Shown here piece by piece: positions 38,210 through 47,591 of a stretch of DNA of 64,000 nt. The notes beneath the pieces were generated by a model. The model searched no databases. It was not told where the DNA came from and saw only the letters and a list, made by a program, of their open reading frames with translations. This DNA comes from a bacterium. GTDB taxonomy: Bacteria > Patescibacteriota > Patescibacteriia > 2-12-FULL-60-25. How positions within the stretch are numbered: position 1 is the first letter of the stretch; every line of letters starts with the position of its first letter. The translations under genes and the position numbers were made by a program. The DNA is taken from NCBI GenBank assembly GCA_021796435.1, contig JAJYXM010000016.1, positions 374,625-438,624 on the forward strand, read 5' to 3'.

Positions 38210-38464
38210 ATGAAGAAATCATCCATCATTTTGGTTTTGGGGCTTTTATTGGTCGCGGCGGGTTTTTTGGTATATTTCGCGTCACGTAGCGAAAATCAGC
38301 CGCAAGAGCAGGCGATGACCACGGAAAAGACGGAAGAAGCCACGCAAGCTACGGGCACGGAGGCGCCTTATGGCGATTACTCTTTGGTCGAAGGCGGGGT
38401 AGCCACGTCGGAACATTTCATGCTCGAATCGACTCCGCAGAACGCTAAGAAAAACGACAAATGA
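38210..38464 (+). CDS. Small hypothetical membrane/secreted protein
   Basis: Signal/TM N-terminus. No domain. Confidence 0.4.
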   Translation: MKKSSIILVLGLLLVAAGFLVYFASRSENQPQEQAMTTEKTEEATQATGTEAPYGDYSLVEGGVATSEHFMLESTPQNAKKNDK

Positions 38465-39612
38465 TTATGCAAAAGGTGAATAAATTAGTCCTAGCTATAA
38501 TCGGCCTGATCGGATTAGCCGGTCTTTTGGCTTTATTCGTCGTTTGGCGCAACCAGCTGATGTCGCCAACGAACCAAGCGAAAGAGCCGATGACGCAAAA
38601 AGTCGAGGAGACGGCTGAGCGACAAGACGAAAAAGAAAAAGGGACTGGAGTCGAAGCGCTAAGCGCGGAGGCATGCAGGACAAACGGTGGGACGTGGAAT
38701 GACTGCGGAAGTCTGTGCAGGGGCAAACCAGCCGGGACGGTATGTGCACAGATCTGTGTCCCACAGTGCGAGTGCAGGAGCCAGGACCAATGTCAGAGCG
38801 GGTATGCCTGTACTGAATTTTTGAGTGATGGTGTGGGGATCTGTACGGCGAAACAGAACGGAGAAGAAACCTCTACGGTTAATCCGGACGAGTGGGCAAA
38901 TAAGGAATACAGAAGTTCGGACGGTGTGACGAGCGTCGTGTTGCCGGAAGAGACGCTCTTCAATCCATTCACCTTCTACGGCACTTCGACGGCTTTCGAG
39001 AATATGATCTCGTGGACAGTCGTACAGTCAGATGACCTGGAGGTGGCTCGCGGAAACGCATATGTTAACAGCCCTGATATCGGGATACCGGGATCTTTCA
39101 AAGTAAAAGGTTATTACGAAAGATTGCCTACGGCCGCTTCGGGTACGTTGAATGTCTTCGAAGCTTCGGCGAAAGACGGCACGCCGATCCATGCAGTCGT
39201 CATCCCCGTGAACCTGATGGTGATGGAAAAATCAAACACCAGGACGCTGCAACTGTATTTCGGCAACAGCAAGAAGAACCCTGACATGTTGGATTGCGGA
39301 AAAGTCTATCCCGTCAAACGAGTCGTGCCGGATGATGAGTATGAGCCCGAAGTGCTGATGCATTATCTTTTGGCTGGTCCGACGGAAGAGGAGAAGAAGG
39401 CGGGATATTTCACTAGCCTTCCTGAATACATCTCGGATCCCGAAGTGTCGGGCGATGAGCTGAAATTCAAGGAAGATCTCGAGGCAGGAGTCGCCGGATC
39501 CTGCAGGGTAAGCGCCATCAGGGCGCAGATCATCGAGACGTGGAAGAACGAATATAAAACCGATCCAGTCATCTCCATCGACGGCAGGACCGAAGATATA
39601 TTGCAACCGTGA
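38461..39612 (+). CDS. Membrane-anchored GerMN/Gmad2-like domain protein with a Cys-rich insert
   Basis: N-terminal TM. 10-Cys module. C-terminal LQLYFGN...PVKR...LLAGPT...G.FT.LP matching GerMN. Confidence 0.5.
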   Translation: MIMQKVNKLVLAIIGLIGLAGLLALFVVWRNQLMSPTNQAKEPMTQKVEETAERQDEKEKGTGVEALSAEACRTNGGTWNDCGSLCRGKPAGTVCAQICVPQCECRSQDQCQSGYACTEFLSDGVGICTAKQNGEETSTVNPDEWANKEYRSSDGVTSVVLPEETLFNPFTFYGTSTAFENMISWTVVQSDDLEVARGNAYVNSPDIGIPGSFKVKGYYERLPTAASGTLNVFEASAKDGTPIHAVVIPVNLMVMEKSNTRTLQLYFGNSKKNPDMLDCGKVYPVKRVVPDDEYEPEVLMHYLLAGPTEEEKKAGYFTSLPEYISDPEVSGDELKFKEDLEAGVAGSCRVSAIRAQIIETWKNEYKTDPVISIDGRTEDILQP

Positions 39613-40037
39613 ATATGCTTTTTCTAGGAGCGGCATCAGGGGTAATAGCGGCATCGATCATGCTGCTTTTCTCCCATCTGGCGCCGTTCTTCGGAGCCGG
39701 GAATTTCGTCCGTGATCTGGACGAACCCAGGGTCTTCGGGAAAGAGATATCGTACCGTGAGGCGCATTATCTCGGCGTATTGCTGCATGTCATGTTCTGC
39801 TTGGTCTCCGGCGGGCTGTTCGGCGCTTTCTTCGACGCCGGTCTGATCAGCGGGGTAGGGTTCTTGAGTGTCATGGGTTGGAGCCTTGTTGCGTTCTTAT
39901 TCTATGGTGGTGTGTTGATGCCGCTCGAAGGGCACGGCGTCTTCGGCGTCAAAGAGGATGCATGGTTTCCGGTCGATCTGTTCTTGACGAACGTGCTTTG
40001 GGGAGTATTGTTCTGGTGGATCATAAATTTGTGGTGA
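39609..40037 (+). CDS. Hypothetical integral membrane protein (4 TM)
   Basis: Hydrophobic throughout. ATGA overlap with the upstream gene. Confidence 0.45.
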   Translation: MNMLFLGAASGVIAASIMLLFSHLAPFFGAGNFVRDLDEPRVFGKEISYREAHYLGVLLHVMFCLVSGGLFGAFFDAGLISGVGFLSVMGWSLVAFLFYGGVLMPLEGHGVFGVKEDAWFPVDLFLTNVLWGVLFWWIINLW

Positions 40038-41140
40038 AAAAACATCTGCTTTTGGCCTTGTTCATGGTCTCGGGTCTGATGCTGGGGACGGTTTTGATGT
40101 TGTTGCCTTTGGTCGGTTTCACCCGAGCCGATACTTTGCCGCGGCAGATGGCCGAAATACCACAGGTAGTGACGCCGGTGTTGACGTTTTTCCATACTTT
40201 GCCGCAAGCCGCGGAGGCCGAACGCGGCATCCATGATGTTTCTCTGCTTTTCGTCGGCGACATGATGTTCGATCGTACAGTTGCGACCAGGATGAAGAAC
40301 GCCGGCTCGAGCTATTATCCTTTCGGTAAGATATCAGGATTCCGCGACGGGACATTCGGGCATGTGGACTTGCTCGTCGGCAACCTGGAAGGGCCGGTGA
40401 CCGGGAAAAAAGCAGCGCCGCTTAAAAGCATCGACTTCAGTTTCGATCCGTTCATGGCTAAAGTACTTAAAGATGAGGGTTTCGATGCCGTGTCTCAAGC
40501 GAACAACCACACCTTGGATCAAGGGCGTAATGGAGCGGATGAATCGCGCAAGACGCTGCAAGAGAACGGATTGAGCGTCTTCGGTGATGAAGTCAGGGAC
40601 GATGCGGAGGATTCCTTGACCATATTGCAGGCCAACGGCAGGAAGATCGCGCTCGTCGGATTCAACATCACCGATAACGCCCTGGACAAGGATGCGGCGC
40701 GCGCATCAATCGACCAGGCCCTGATCAAGGCGGATAAGACAGTGGTATTCATACATTGGGGCAACGAGTACAAGGATAAACCGAACGCGGATCAAATCGC
40801 GTTGGCGCATTGGTTCATCGATCTGGGTGCCGATGCGGTGATCGGCGGTCATCCGCACTGGATGCAGGGTATCGAATCATACGACGGAAAACCGATCGTC
40901 TATTCCCTGGGTAATTTCATCTTCGATCAGGATTGGTCGGAAGAGACAGGCTATGGGCTATCCGTCGTCCTGAATTTCGGCGACAAACGAAGCTCGTTGG
41001 ACCTTTATCCTATCCACATCGAGGCGAGTCAGCCGACGGTGCTCACCGGGGCTGTACGAGATGTGAGGCTGGAGAAGCTGGCGCAGATCTCAGATGCCGC
41101 GCTGCAGGACGGGATCAAGAGCGGGACTCTGGAATTCTGA
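40034..41140 (+). CDS. CapA/PgsA-family metallophosphoesterase (poly-gamma-glutamate/capsule synthesis-like)
   Basis: GTG start overlapping the upstream stop. GNLE, NNH, HWG.E and GGHPH motifs. Confidence 0.6.
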   Translation: MKKHLLLALFMVSGLMLGTVLMLLPLVGFTRADTLPRQMAEIPQVVTPVLTFFHTLPQAAEAERGIHDVSLLFVGDMMFDRTVATRMKNAGSSYYPFGKISGFRDGTFGHVDLLVGNLEGPVTGKKAAPLKSIDFSFDPFMAKVLKDEGFDAVSQANNHTLDQGRNGADESRKTLQENGLSVFGDEVRDDAEDSLTILQANGRKIALVGFNITDNALDKDAARASIDQALIKADKTVVFIHWGNEYKDKPNADQIALAHWFIDLGADAVIGGHPHWMQGIESYDGKPIVYSLGNFIFDQDWSEETGYGLSVVLNFGDKRSSLDLYPIHIEASQPTVLTGAVRDVRLEKLAQISDAALQDGIKSGTLEF

Positions 41141-41214
41141 TGTTGGTCTGATGCGAGTCTGGACAGCCGGCTCTTTTTCGGTTATGGTCGAATGACCCTG
41201 GCCAGGAGGTGATA

Positions 41215-41454
41215 ATGTCTGAAAGGTCCAGACGCGGGGTGACACTGCGCAGCAATCACGTATCCATCGCAGCTTCAGCCGCGTATTTCCGTGAGCACGA
41301 GCCGAGTACCGGGACCAGAACCCGGGAGGACAACGAAGTACGCGAAGACGGCGTATGCAGCGAATGCGGCAGGACGATGTCGAAGCTAAACCTCTGCGTC
41401 TGCGGCAAATGCATCGTAAGATGCTGTACGTGTCCCACCTGCGGCTATCGTTGA
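41215..41454 (+). CDS. Small Cys-rich zinc-ribbon protein (79 aa)
   Basis: AGGAGG RBS 5 nt upstream. CSEC...CVCGKC...CCTCPTC. Confidence 0.5.
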   Translation: MSERSRRGVTLRSNHVSIAASAAYFREHEPSTGTRTREDNEVREDGVCSECGRTMSKLNLCVCGKCIVRCCTCPTCGYR

Positions 41455-41504
41455 CCAGCAGGGCTTCCATATTTAGCGCATTAAGGCGCGCGTTCCATCT
41501 CTTA

Positions 41505-41538
41505 CATCCCAGCTTGCCGAAGCTGGGATAACTCTTTT
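41505..41538 (+). terminator. Intrinsic terminator
   Basis: ATCCCAGCTT-GCCG-AAGCTGGGAT perfect 10-bp stem followed by AACTCTTTTT. Confidence 0.65.
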
Positions 41539-41659
41539 TGGAATTTTTTTTCTATTCCCGATTCCTGCTTTCGTGGGAATGAGAAAAAAGGGGTCAGGAC
41601 GACGTAAGGCAGTGAATCATCTTTTTGCCTAAGTTTCGCCGGTTGTCTATCATGGCCTG

Positions 41660-42886
41660 ATGCGAGTTCTGCAGGTCAGCGAATTTATCGAGATCGTAAA
41701 CGGCATACTGCGCGAGACCTTGAGCGGGGAGGCTTTTGCCGTCGAAGGCGAGATATCCGGATATCGGGTGAATCAAGGGCAATGGGTGACTTTCGATCTC
41801 AAGGATGATAAATCGTTACTCAACATATTCATGCCTTTGTGGAATCTCGATGTGCCTTTGGAAGACGGCGCACGCGTCAAGGTCTATGGGATGCCGCGGA
41901 TTTATCCCAAGTACGGAAAATTCTCCATCTCCGCAGAACGCGTAGAGCTTTCTGGCGAAGGGGCGTTGAAGAAAGCTTTGGCCGCATTGCGTCTCAAGCT
42001 AGAAAAGGAAGGGATGTTCGACGCAGCCAGGAAAAGGGAATTGCCGCGATTCCCCCGACGCATCGCGCTCATCGCTTCGCGCGAAAGCGCGGCATACGGA
42101 GATTTCATCAAGATACTGGGCGAAAGGTGGGGCGGTCTGGAGATAGATTCGTATCACGTCTTGGTCCAGGGCCAGCGCGCACCGCAAGATATCGTGCAGG
42201 CGATCGAATCGGCGAACTCCCACCCCCTTTCGTTCCCCCTCGGGCAGGGGGAGAGTAATTATTATGACGTACTCGTGATGACGCGCGGCGGAGGCTCGCT
42301 CGAAGAACTGATGGCGTTCAACGACGAAAAAGTCGTGCGTGCAATCCACGGTTCAAAAATCCCTACGTTGGTCGCCATCGGACATGAGCGTGATCTGACT
42401 TTGGCCGAAGAGGCGGCTGATGTGCGTGGGTCGACCCCGACGGATTGTGCACGTCGTCTAGTCCCGGATAAGCGCGATGTGCTGTACGAGTTGGCGATGA
42501 CGATGGAAAAGATAGAAGGCTATGTGGTCGCCGAGCTTGAGTCGAAACATGTCATATTGGAGCGGGCCATGAGCGCGCCTGGAGTTTGGATCACCGGAAG
42601 GAAAATCGAGTTGGAAGGCGCAAGCGCCAGAGTCGTATCATCCGTCGATTCCTGGTTGGATCAGCTCAAGCAGGGGCTGACGGGCAAGATGCGGTTGTTA
42701 CAGTCCTTGGATCCGAAAGCAGTCCTGCGACGGGGTTATGCGGTGGTCATGGATAAGGCAGGAAAAGCCGTGGCTTCAGCCAAGTCGCTGAAGGCAGGGG
42801 ATGCGGTGAAGCTGCTTTTGCAGGATGGCGAGGTTGGGGCTACTATTGATGGTGGCGAAACGAAGATTCAGCCGAAATTGTTATGA
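41660..42886 (+). CDS. xseA: Exodeoxyribonuclease VII large subunit
   Basis: N-terminal OB-fold (VEGEISGYRVNQGQWVTFDLKD) and XseA catalytic region. Confidence 0.8.
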   Translation: MRVLQVSEFIEIVNGILRETLSGEAFAVEGEISGYRVNQGQWVTFDLKDDKSLLNIFMPLWNLDVPLEDGARVKVYGMPRIYPKYGKFSISAERVELSGEGALKKALAALRLKLEKEGMFDAARKRELPRFPRRIALIASRESAAYGDFIKILGERWGGLEIDSYHVLVQGQRAPQDIVQAIESANSHPLSFPLGQGESNYYDVLVMTRGGGSLEELMAFNDEKVVRAIHGSKIPTLVAIGHERDLTLAEEAADVRGSTPTDCARRLVPDKRDVLYELAMTMEKIEGYVVAELESKHVILERAMSAPGVWITGRKIELEGASARVVSSVDSWLDQLKQGLTGKMRLLQSLDPKAVLRRGYAVVMDKAGKAVASAKSLKAGDAVKLLLQDGEVGATIDGGETKIQPKLL

Positions 42887-43509
42887 ATGATAAGGATATA
42901 TCGGAAAAACAGGCCATCCTACAATCGGAGGCGAAGAAAGTGTTGGATGCGTTGGGAATACTTACGTTTCTGTCTGAATTCGGTCGGGTTGAGGTCGTTG
43001 GTAGTTACGCTCTTGGACTCATGACCTGGCGAGACGTTGATATCGATTTGGCTGTAGATGAGATCAGGGAAGACGATTTTTTTCAGGCAGTTCGTTTTAT
43101 GTTCGGTCGTGAGTCCATCAAACGGTTGGTCTTAGCGGATAACCGGAACGTCGAATCGGATCTTGCTGATCGGGGCATTCCTGCGAGCCTCTATCTAGGC
43201 GTCTTTGTAGCCGCTGTAGATGGAGGGGAATGGAAAATTGATATCCGATTTGTAGAGGGTGGGGATATTAGGACAAAAAACTATCTTGAACAGATAAAGA
43301 GCAGGTTAACAGATGAGAAGCGACTAAAAATCCTTGAAATCAAAGATGCAGTTTGTTTACATCCGAAATATCAGAAAAAGGAAATTTGCGGGGTTGATGT
43401 CTACACTTCAGTCCTAGATGATGGCGTCACGGATGTCGAGGGCTTTGAAAAATTTCTCGCTAGAAAAGGAATTGAATTATCGTCTGACGAACTTGGAGAG
43501 ATGGCTTAG
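42883..43509 (+). CDS. Nucleotidyltransferase-fold (Pol-beta superfamily) protein inserted between xseA and xseB
   Basis: VVGSYALGLMTWRDVDIDL matches the hG[GS]x9-13Dh[DE]h motif. GC about 40%, below the flanks. ATGA overlap with the xseA stop. Confidence 0.5.
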   Translation: MNDKDISEKQAILQSEAKKVLDALGILTFLSEFGRVEVVGSYALGLMTWRDVDIDLAVDEIREDDFFQAVRFMFGRESIKRLVLADNRNVESDLADRGIPASLYLGVFVAAVDGGEWKIDIRFVEGGDIRTKNYLEQIKSRLTDEKRLKILEIKDAVCLHPKYQKKEICGVDVYTSVLDDGVTDVEGFEKFLARKGIELSSDELGEMA

Positions 43510-43551
43510 ATCCCGGCTCGATGACCGGGATGACATAATAAACGACAAAAT

Positions 43552-43761
43552 ATGACAGCAAAAAAAGAAGCGAAAGAAATAGACATGGGTAAAGGTTTCG
43601 AGGAGCTCGAAAACATCGCTACCTGGTTCGAGAGCGGTGAGACGGATTTGGATCAGGGTCTGCAGAAATTCGAGCGGGCTTTGGAGATCGCCTCCACGCT
43701 CAAGAAGAAGCTGTCCGATGCAGAGAACAAGATAAAAGAGATCAAAAAAAAATTCGAATAA
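43552..43761 (+). CDS. xseB: Exodeoxyribonuclease VII small subunit
   Basis: FEELENIATWFESGETDLDQGLQKFERALEIASTLKKKL is the canonical XseB sequence. Confidence 0.8.
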   Translation: MTAKKEAKEIDMGKGFEELENIATWFESGETDLDQGLQKFERALEIASTLKKKLSDAENKIKEIKKKFE

Positions 43762-43776
43762 TAATTTAATAACTAT

Positions 43777-44118
43777 ATGTATCTACTTTTAAGATGGCTC
43801 ATCAGCGCGGGATCGGTCATGGCAGCGGCATATCTGGTGCCAGGCGTGCACGTGGCTAATCTGTGGAGCGCTTTGATCGCGGCGCTCGTCATAGGTCTCA
43901 TCAACGCATTGATCAGGCCTTTGATACTTCTGCTCACCTTGCCGGTAAATATCCTGACCCTCGGACTTTTCACCTTGGTCATCAACGCTTTGATGTTCTG
44001 GTTGGCTTCATCCATCGCAAAGGGTTTTGACGTCTCCAGTTTCAGTGCAGCGTTCTGGGGCGCTTTGGTCTATTGGTTGGTTTCATGGATCGCTAACGGC
44101 TTGTTGGGTAAGGAATGA
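43777..44118 (+). CDS. Small 4-TM membrane protein resembling phage-holin family 4 (PF04020-like)
   Basis: LINALIRPLILLLTLPVNILTLGLFTLVINALMFWL pattern. Confidence 0.4.
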   Translation: MYLLLRWLISAGSVMAAAYLVPGVHVANLWSALIAALVIGLINALIRPLILLLTLPVNILTLGLFTLVINALMFWLASSIAKGFDVSSFSAAFWGALVYWLVSWIANGLLGKE

Positions 44119-44633
44119 GCGTCACAGCATCGAAAAAGAGTCTTATCTGGTCGATTGTCGTCTCGACGGCGTTTTGTCTAACCTCGGTGTGGTTCGTCTT
44201 CGGTCCTTTGATAACCGCCTATCAGCACAAATCGACATGGACCAGGGCGGCTGCGACTATCGAGGACGTCGGTTATTCGAGGTATTACGGCATCACAAAC
44301 AGGACGCAGCTGATACATCATCTGATCCCTCAATATCAAGTCAGACTAAGATATGTCTATGCCTTTGGAGGCAAGACCTATGTGGGATATGCGCATAAGT
44401 CATTGATGATATCGGAAGCCCGAGCCGAAGGGTTCGTCGGCAACTTTGAGGGCAAGGGCATCGAGATAGCGGTGGACCCGCAGAATCCAATGCATAGCGA
44501 AATCCTGGGGATAGTTGATTTTGAAGGTTATCTACCGCTGCTCGTCCTCAGCTTGATCCTGTTATCTTTGAGTCTGTATAACTATTCATTAGCCAAGAAG
44601 AATCTATGGCGAAACAAAGCGAAAAACCAATAG
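44115..44633 (+). CDS. DUF3592-like membrane protein (TM, beta domain, TM), paralog 1
   Basis: Two-TM layout shared with 45312 and 46208. Confidence 0.4.
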   Translation: MSVTASKKSLIWSIVVSTAFCLTSVWFVFGPLITAYQHKSTWTRAAATIEDVGYSRYYGITNRTQLIHHLIPQYQVRLRYVYAFGGKTYVGYAHKSLMISEARAEGFVGNFEGKGIEIAVDPQNPMHSEILGIVDFEGYLPLLVLSLILLSLSLYNYSLAKKNLWRNKAKNQ

Positions 44634-45307
44634 TGCTGTCCGTCGGCGGTTCCTTGGTCGTGCCGAAAGATGGGATCGCCATCGACTATCTGCGTGAATT
44701 GAATAAGTTCATCCGTAGCCAAATCAAAAACGGAAAACGTTTCATCATCGTCATCGGCGGAGGGTATACGGCGCGACAATATCAGAGCGCGGCGAAAAGC
44801 ATCGTGAAGCTGATGGATGACGATGCGGACTGGTTGGGCATACATTCTACCAGGCTCAATGCACAGCTTGTGCGCACGATATTCAAGGACATCGCTAATC
44901 CACGCATCTGCAAAGATCCGACCAAACGCATGTCCTGGAACGAGCCGGTACTAGTCGCGGCAGGTTGGAAGCCAGGATGGAGCACGGATTATGTGGCGGT
45001 ACGTCTGGCGCGAAAATATGGTGCAGAAAGAGTCGTAAACCTGACCAATATCGACGCTGTTTATGACAAGGATCCGGCGCGGTATGATGATGCGGTGGCG
45101 ATAAAACGTATCGCATGGAAAGATTTTAGGAAGATCGTGGGCGATAAATGGTCGCCGGGAGCGAATGCGCCGTTCGATCCGATAGCCTCGAAACTAGGCC
45201 AGAGGTGGGGGCTAGAGGTCATCATCGCATCAGGGCATGATCTGAAGAACGTCAAATCTATAATCGAAGATAAGAAATTCAATGGAACCGTCATAGACGG
45301 GGAATAA
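44606..45307 (+). CDS. pyrH: UMP kinase, archaeal-type (amino-acid-kinase family)
   Basis: IVLSVGGSLVVP...IVIGGGYTARQY...IHSTRLNAQL... collinear with archaeal PyrH. 28-nt overlap with the upstream gene. Confidence 0.7.
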   Translation: MAKQSEKPIVLSVGGSLVVPKDGIAIDYLRELNKFIRSQIKNGKRFIIVIGGGYTARQYQSAAKSIVKLMDDDADWLGIHSTRLNAQLVRTIFKDIANPRICKDPTKRMSWNEPVLVAAGWKPGWSTDYVAVRLARKYGAERVVNLTNIDAVYDKDPARYDDAVAIKRIAWKDFRKIVGDKWSPGANAPFDPIASKLGQRWGLEVIIASGHDLKNVKSIIEDKKFNGTVIDGE

Positions 45308-45311
45308 AAAT

Positions 45312-45767
45312 ATGAATTGGCAACGCATCATAATGGGGATAATAGGCGCGGCTTTGTTGGTAGGCGCGGGATATTTTACCTATCACCAATATCAATTCCA
45401 GAAGAGCGCCCTTGTCACCAAAGGCCGTGTGACGGCACAGGCAGAACACAGCGGCAGCAAGGGAAGGACGATGTACGCGCCGAAGGTCAGCTTCAAGGCG
45501 GCAGACGGCAACACATACGAATTCACCTCCAAACTGTCCTCATCATCACCGAGCTATGGGGTAGGCGAGACGGTGGAAGTGCAGTATGACCCGGCCGATC
45601 CCAAGAACGCGGAAGTGAAAAGTTTCTTGGCTGCCTGGCTCGTGTCGATCGTTTTCCTCATCATGGGCGGATTCATGTTCTTCTTCAGCGTGTTTGGAGG
45701 CAAATTCTATCAGAAGAAAAACATCGGAACACCGAAAGCGATGACGGATAATAATCCGGCGCAGTAA
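45312..45767 (+). CDS. DUF3592-like membrane protein, paralog 2
   Basis: N-terminal TM, beta-rich middle, C-terminal TM. Confidence 0.4.
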   Translation: MNWQRIIMGIIGAALLVGAGYFTYHQYQFQKSALVTKGRVTAQAEHSGSKGRTMYAPKVSFKAADGNTYEFTSKLSSSSPSYGVGETVEVQYDPADPKNAEVKSFLAAWLVSIVFLIMGGFMFFFSVFGGKFYQKKNIGTPKAMTDNNPAQ

Positions 45768-45781
45768 GGCATAAAAAAGCA

Positions 45782-45807
45782 GACCTGACACCCCAGGGTA
45801 TCAGGTC
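45782..45807 (-). terminator. Terminator hairpin (T-run on the minus strand) shared by convergent genes
   Basis: GACCTGA...TCAGGTC 7-bp stem. The minus strand continues TGCTTTTTTATGCC. Confidence 0.5.
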
Positions 45808-45827
45808 GAGCGACGACGACTGCATAT

Positions 45828-46100
45828 TCAGTTCTCCGGTTTGGGTTCCTCGGGCGGGAGTGATCCGTCCGCATCGTCATAGGTCAGGTTGACCAGCTTT
45901 TCCTGGTCGAGATCGGCGATCACCTCCAGTCGCTTGTCGAAGATGAACATCTTGAATCCTCTGCCTAGAGTACGGAAGAGGTACATGTAGAGGATGACCC
46001 CGCGCATGAATAGGTCGCGCAGGCTGGCCGCACGCGTTTCGTCGGCCATGTGTTGAAGCTGTTCCGCCAGATGATCCGGCACCTCGATCGTGATCTTCAT
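45828..46100 (-). CDS. Ribbon-helix-helix (CopG-like) small protein
   Basis: MKITIEVPDHLAEQLQ is a beta-strand-first RHH pattern. Start placed at the internal Met. Confidence 0.4.
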   Translation of the reverse strand: MKITIEVPDHLAEQLQHMADETRAASLRDLFMRGVILYMYLFRTLGRGFKMFIFDKRLEVIADLDQEKLVNLTYDDADGSLPPEEPKPEN

Positions 46101-46207
46101 CGGACACCTACCTTCCACGAATGAATGAACTTTCCATAGGATGAGGTCGCTGCGCGGATATGTCAAAGTCAGTTGTCTTAAGGACGGTTTCGTATTAATG
46201 TCACCAA

Positions 46208-46651
46208 ATGAACGAAAAACATATTCCTTGGATAGTAGGTGCGACGGGAATCGTCTCTTTACTCGTAGGGATACTTTTGACGCTCCAGACTAGCCACAGT
46301 CTGAAGGGCATGGAAGTCGGGAAGGGGAAGGTGATCTCCAGTGTGCTGATAGGCGGAGGGAAGAGCCGTGGCCAGAGGATCGATGTGCATTTTGAGTCAA
46401 AAGAAGGGAAGGTCTACAGAATTACCGACACTGTGCCGTCATTCGTCGAAATCCCCGATATAGGCCAGCAGGTCGAAGTCCTGTATCAACCCGGCCAGCC
46501 GCAGCAAGCACAGGTCAAGAATACCCTGGTCCAATGGTTTTATCCGATATTCTTCAGCGGAATGGGATTATTCCTGCTCGCCTCTTCAGCTCTGTTTTTT
46601 GTGTTGTTCAGCAAGCTTTTTCCGCCTAAGAAGGCTCTTGACATAGGTTGA
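46208..46651 (+). CDS. DUF3592-like membrane protein, paralog 3
   Basis: Same TM, beta, TM layout. Confidence 0.4.
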   Translation: MNEKHIPWIVGATGIVSLLVGILLTLQTSHSLKGMEVGKGKVISSVLIGGGKSRGQRIDVHFESKEGKVYRITDTVPSFVEIPDIGQQVEVLYQPGQPQQAQVKNTLVQWFYPIFFSGMGLFLLASSALFFVLFSKLFPPKKALDIG

Positions 46652-46659
46652 GATTCCTG

Positions 46660-46845
46660 TTATTTTGCTGCCAACACTCTAAGGTCCTGAGACAGCAGGT
46701 GCTCCAAAAAAGGAGCTTAATCACCACGTAGAACGTGGCATAGCCTGCCGAGGCGCATCAGTTCGATTCCAGATTCCGGCCTACGCCGGAACAGCGGAAC
46801 TAGGATTGGAAGCCCACAGGAAGCCTGTGGGTGTTTTTATCCCAA
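46660..46845 (+). promoter_or_regulatory. Structured leader upstream of rplJ (candidate ribosomal-protein L10 leader with attenuator terminator)
   Basis: Hairpins CCACG-TAGAA-CGTGG and CCGGC-CTAC-GCCGG, plus a terminator CCCACAGG-AAG-CCTGTGGG followed by TGTTTTT. All within 60 nt of the rplJ RBS. Confidence 0.35.
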
Positions 46846-46874
46846 AGGTCGAACGTTAAAAGAAAGAAATATTT

Positions 46875-47561
46875 ATGCCAAAAACAAGACAACAGAAAGA
46901 AGCGGAGATCAGCGACCTGGTACAAGAGTTCAAAGGTGCCAAATCGGTCGTGTTCGCCGACTATCAGGGTTTGACCGTGGCTAAGGCAGACGAGTTGCGT
47001 AACAAAGCGCGCGAATCGGGTGTCCGCTATCTGGTCGCCAAGAAAACCCTCTTGTCCAAGGCGGCCAAACAAGCAGGTTTCGAGTTGGACACTTCCAAAC
47101 TGACCGGCATGTTGGGCGCCGCTTTCGGCAAAGAGGATGAAGTCGCTCCGGCCAAGGTGCTCGGTGACATGACCAAGGATACTCCGATCAAACTGGTCGG
47201 TGGCATCTTCGAAGGCCAGGTCGTCGGTGCCGATAAGGCCATCGCACTGTCCAAGCTGCCCTCCAAGCAGCAATTGCTCGGTCAGTTGGTCGGTACCATG
47301 TATGCTCCGGTCTCGGCTTTCGTCCGCGCCTTGAACGCAATCCGTGAATCGATGGAGAAGGGTTCTCCGGCAGCTGCCGAGGTAACAACTCCTGAAGAGA
47401 AGAAGGAAGAGCCAAAGGCGGAAGAAAAGTCCGTTGAAGAACCTAAGACCGAAGAAAAGCCAGCCGAGCCAGAAGCCACACCGGAAGTCTCCGGTGATGC
47501 GCCTGCCGCTTCGGCCGAAACGACTGAAGCTCCCGCAGCGGATGTACCGCCTGCGGCGTAA
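46875..47561 (+). CDS. rplJ: 50S ribosomal protein L10 with an acidic Ala/Pro/Glu-rich C-terminal extension
   Basis: SVVFADYQGLTVAKADELR...LVAKKTLL is the canonical L10. About 55 extra low-complexity residues at the C-terminus. Confidence 0.85.
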   Translation: MPKTRQQKEAEISDLVQEFKGAKSVVFADYQGLTVAKADELRNKARESGVRYLVAKKTLLSKAAKQAGFELDTSKLTGMLGAAFGKEDEVAPAKVLGDMTKDTPIKLVGGIFEGQVVGADKAIALSKLPSKQQLLGQLVGTMYAPVSAFVRALNAIRESMEKGSPAAAEVTTPEEKKEEPKAEEKSVEEPKTEEKPAEPEATPEVSGDAPAASAETTEAPAADVPPAA

Positions 47562-47591
47562 GATAATTCACAGGAAGATAAACCAAAAATT

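Noticed and set aside
44606-44633. The 28-nt overlap of pyrH with the preceding DUF3592 gene as evidence that one of the calls is wrong.
   Set aside because: Both ORFs have independent support: archaeal-type UMP kinase homology from the first residues, and a complete two-TM protein. Short overlaps are common in this compact region. The pyrH start could alternatively be slightly downstream.
46760-46800. A GTTCGATTCC T-loop-like motif upstream of rplJ as a tRNA.
   Set aside because: No complementary T-stem or acceptor stem can be formed. Treated as part of the structured rplJ leader.
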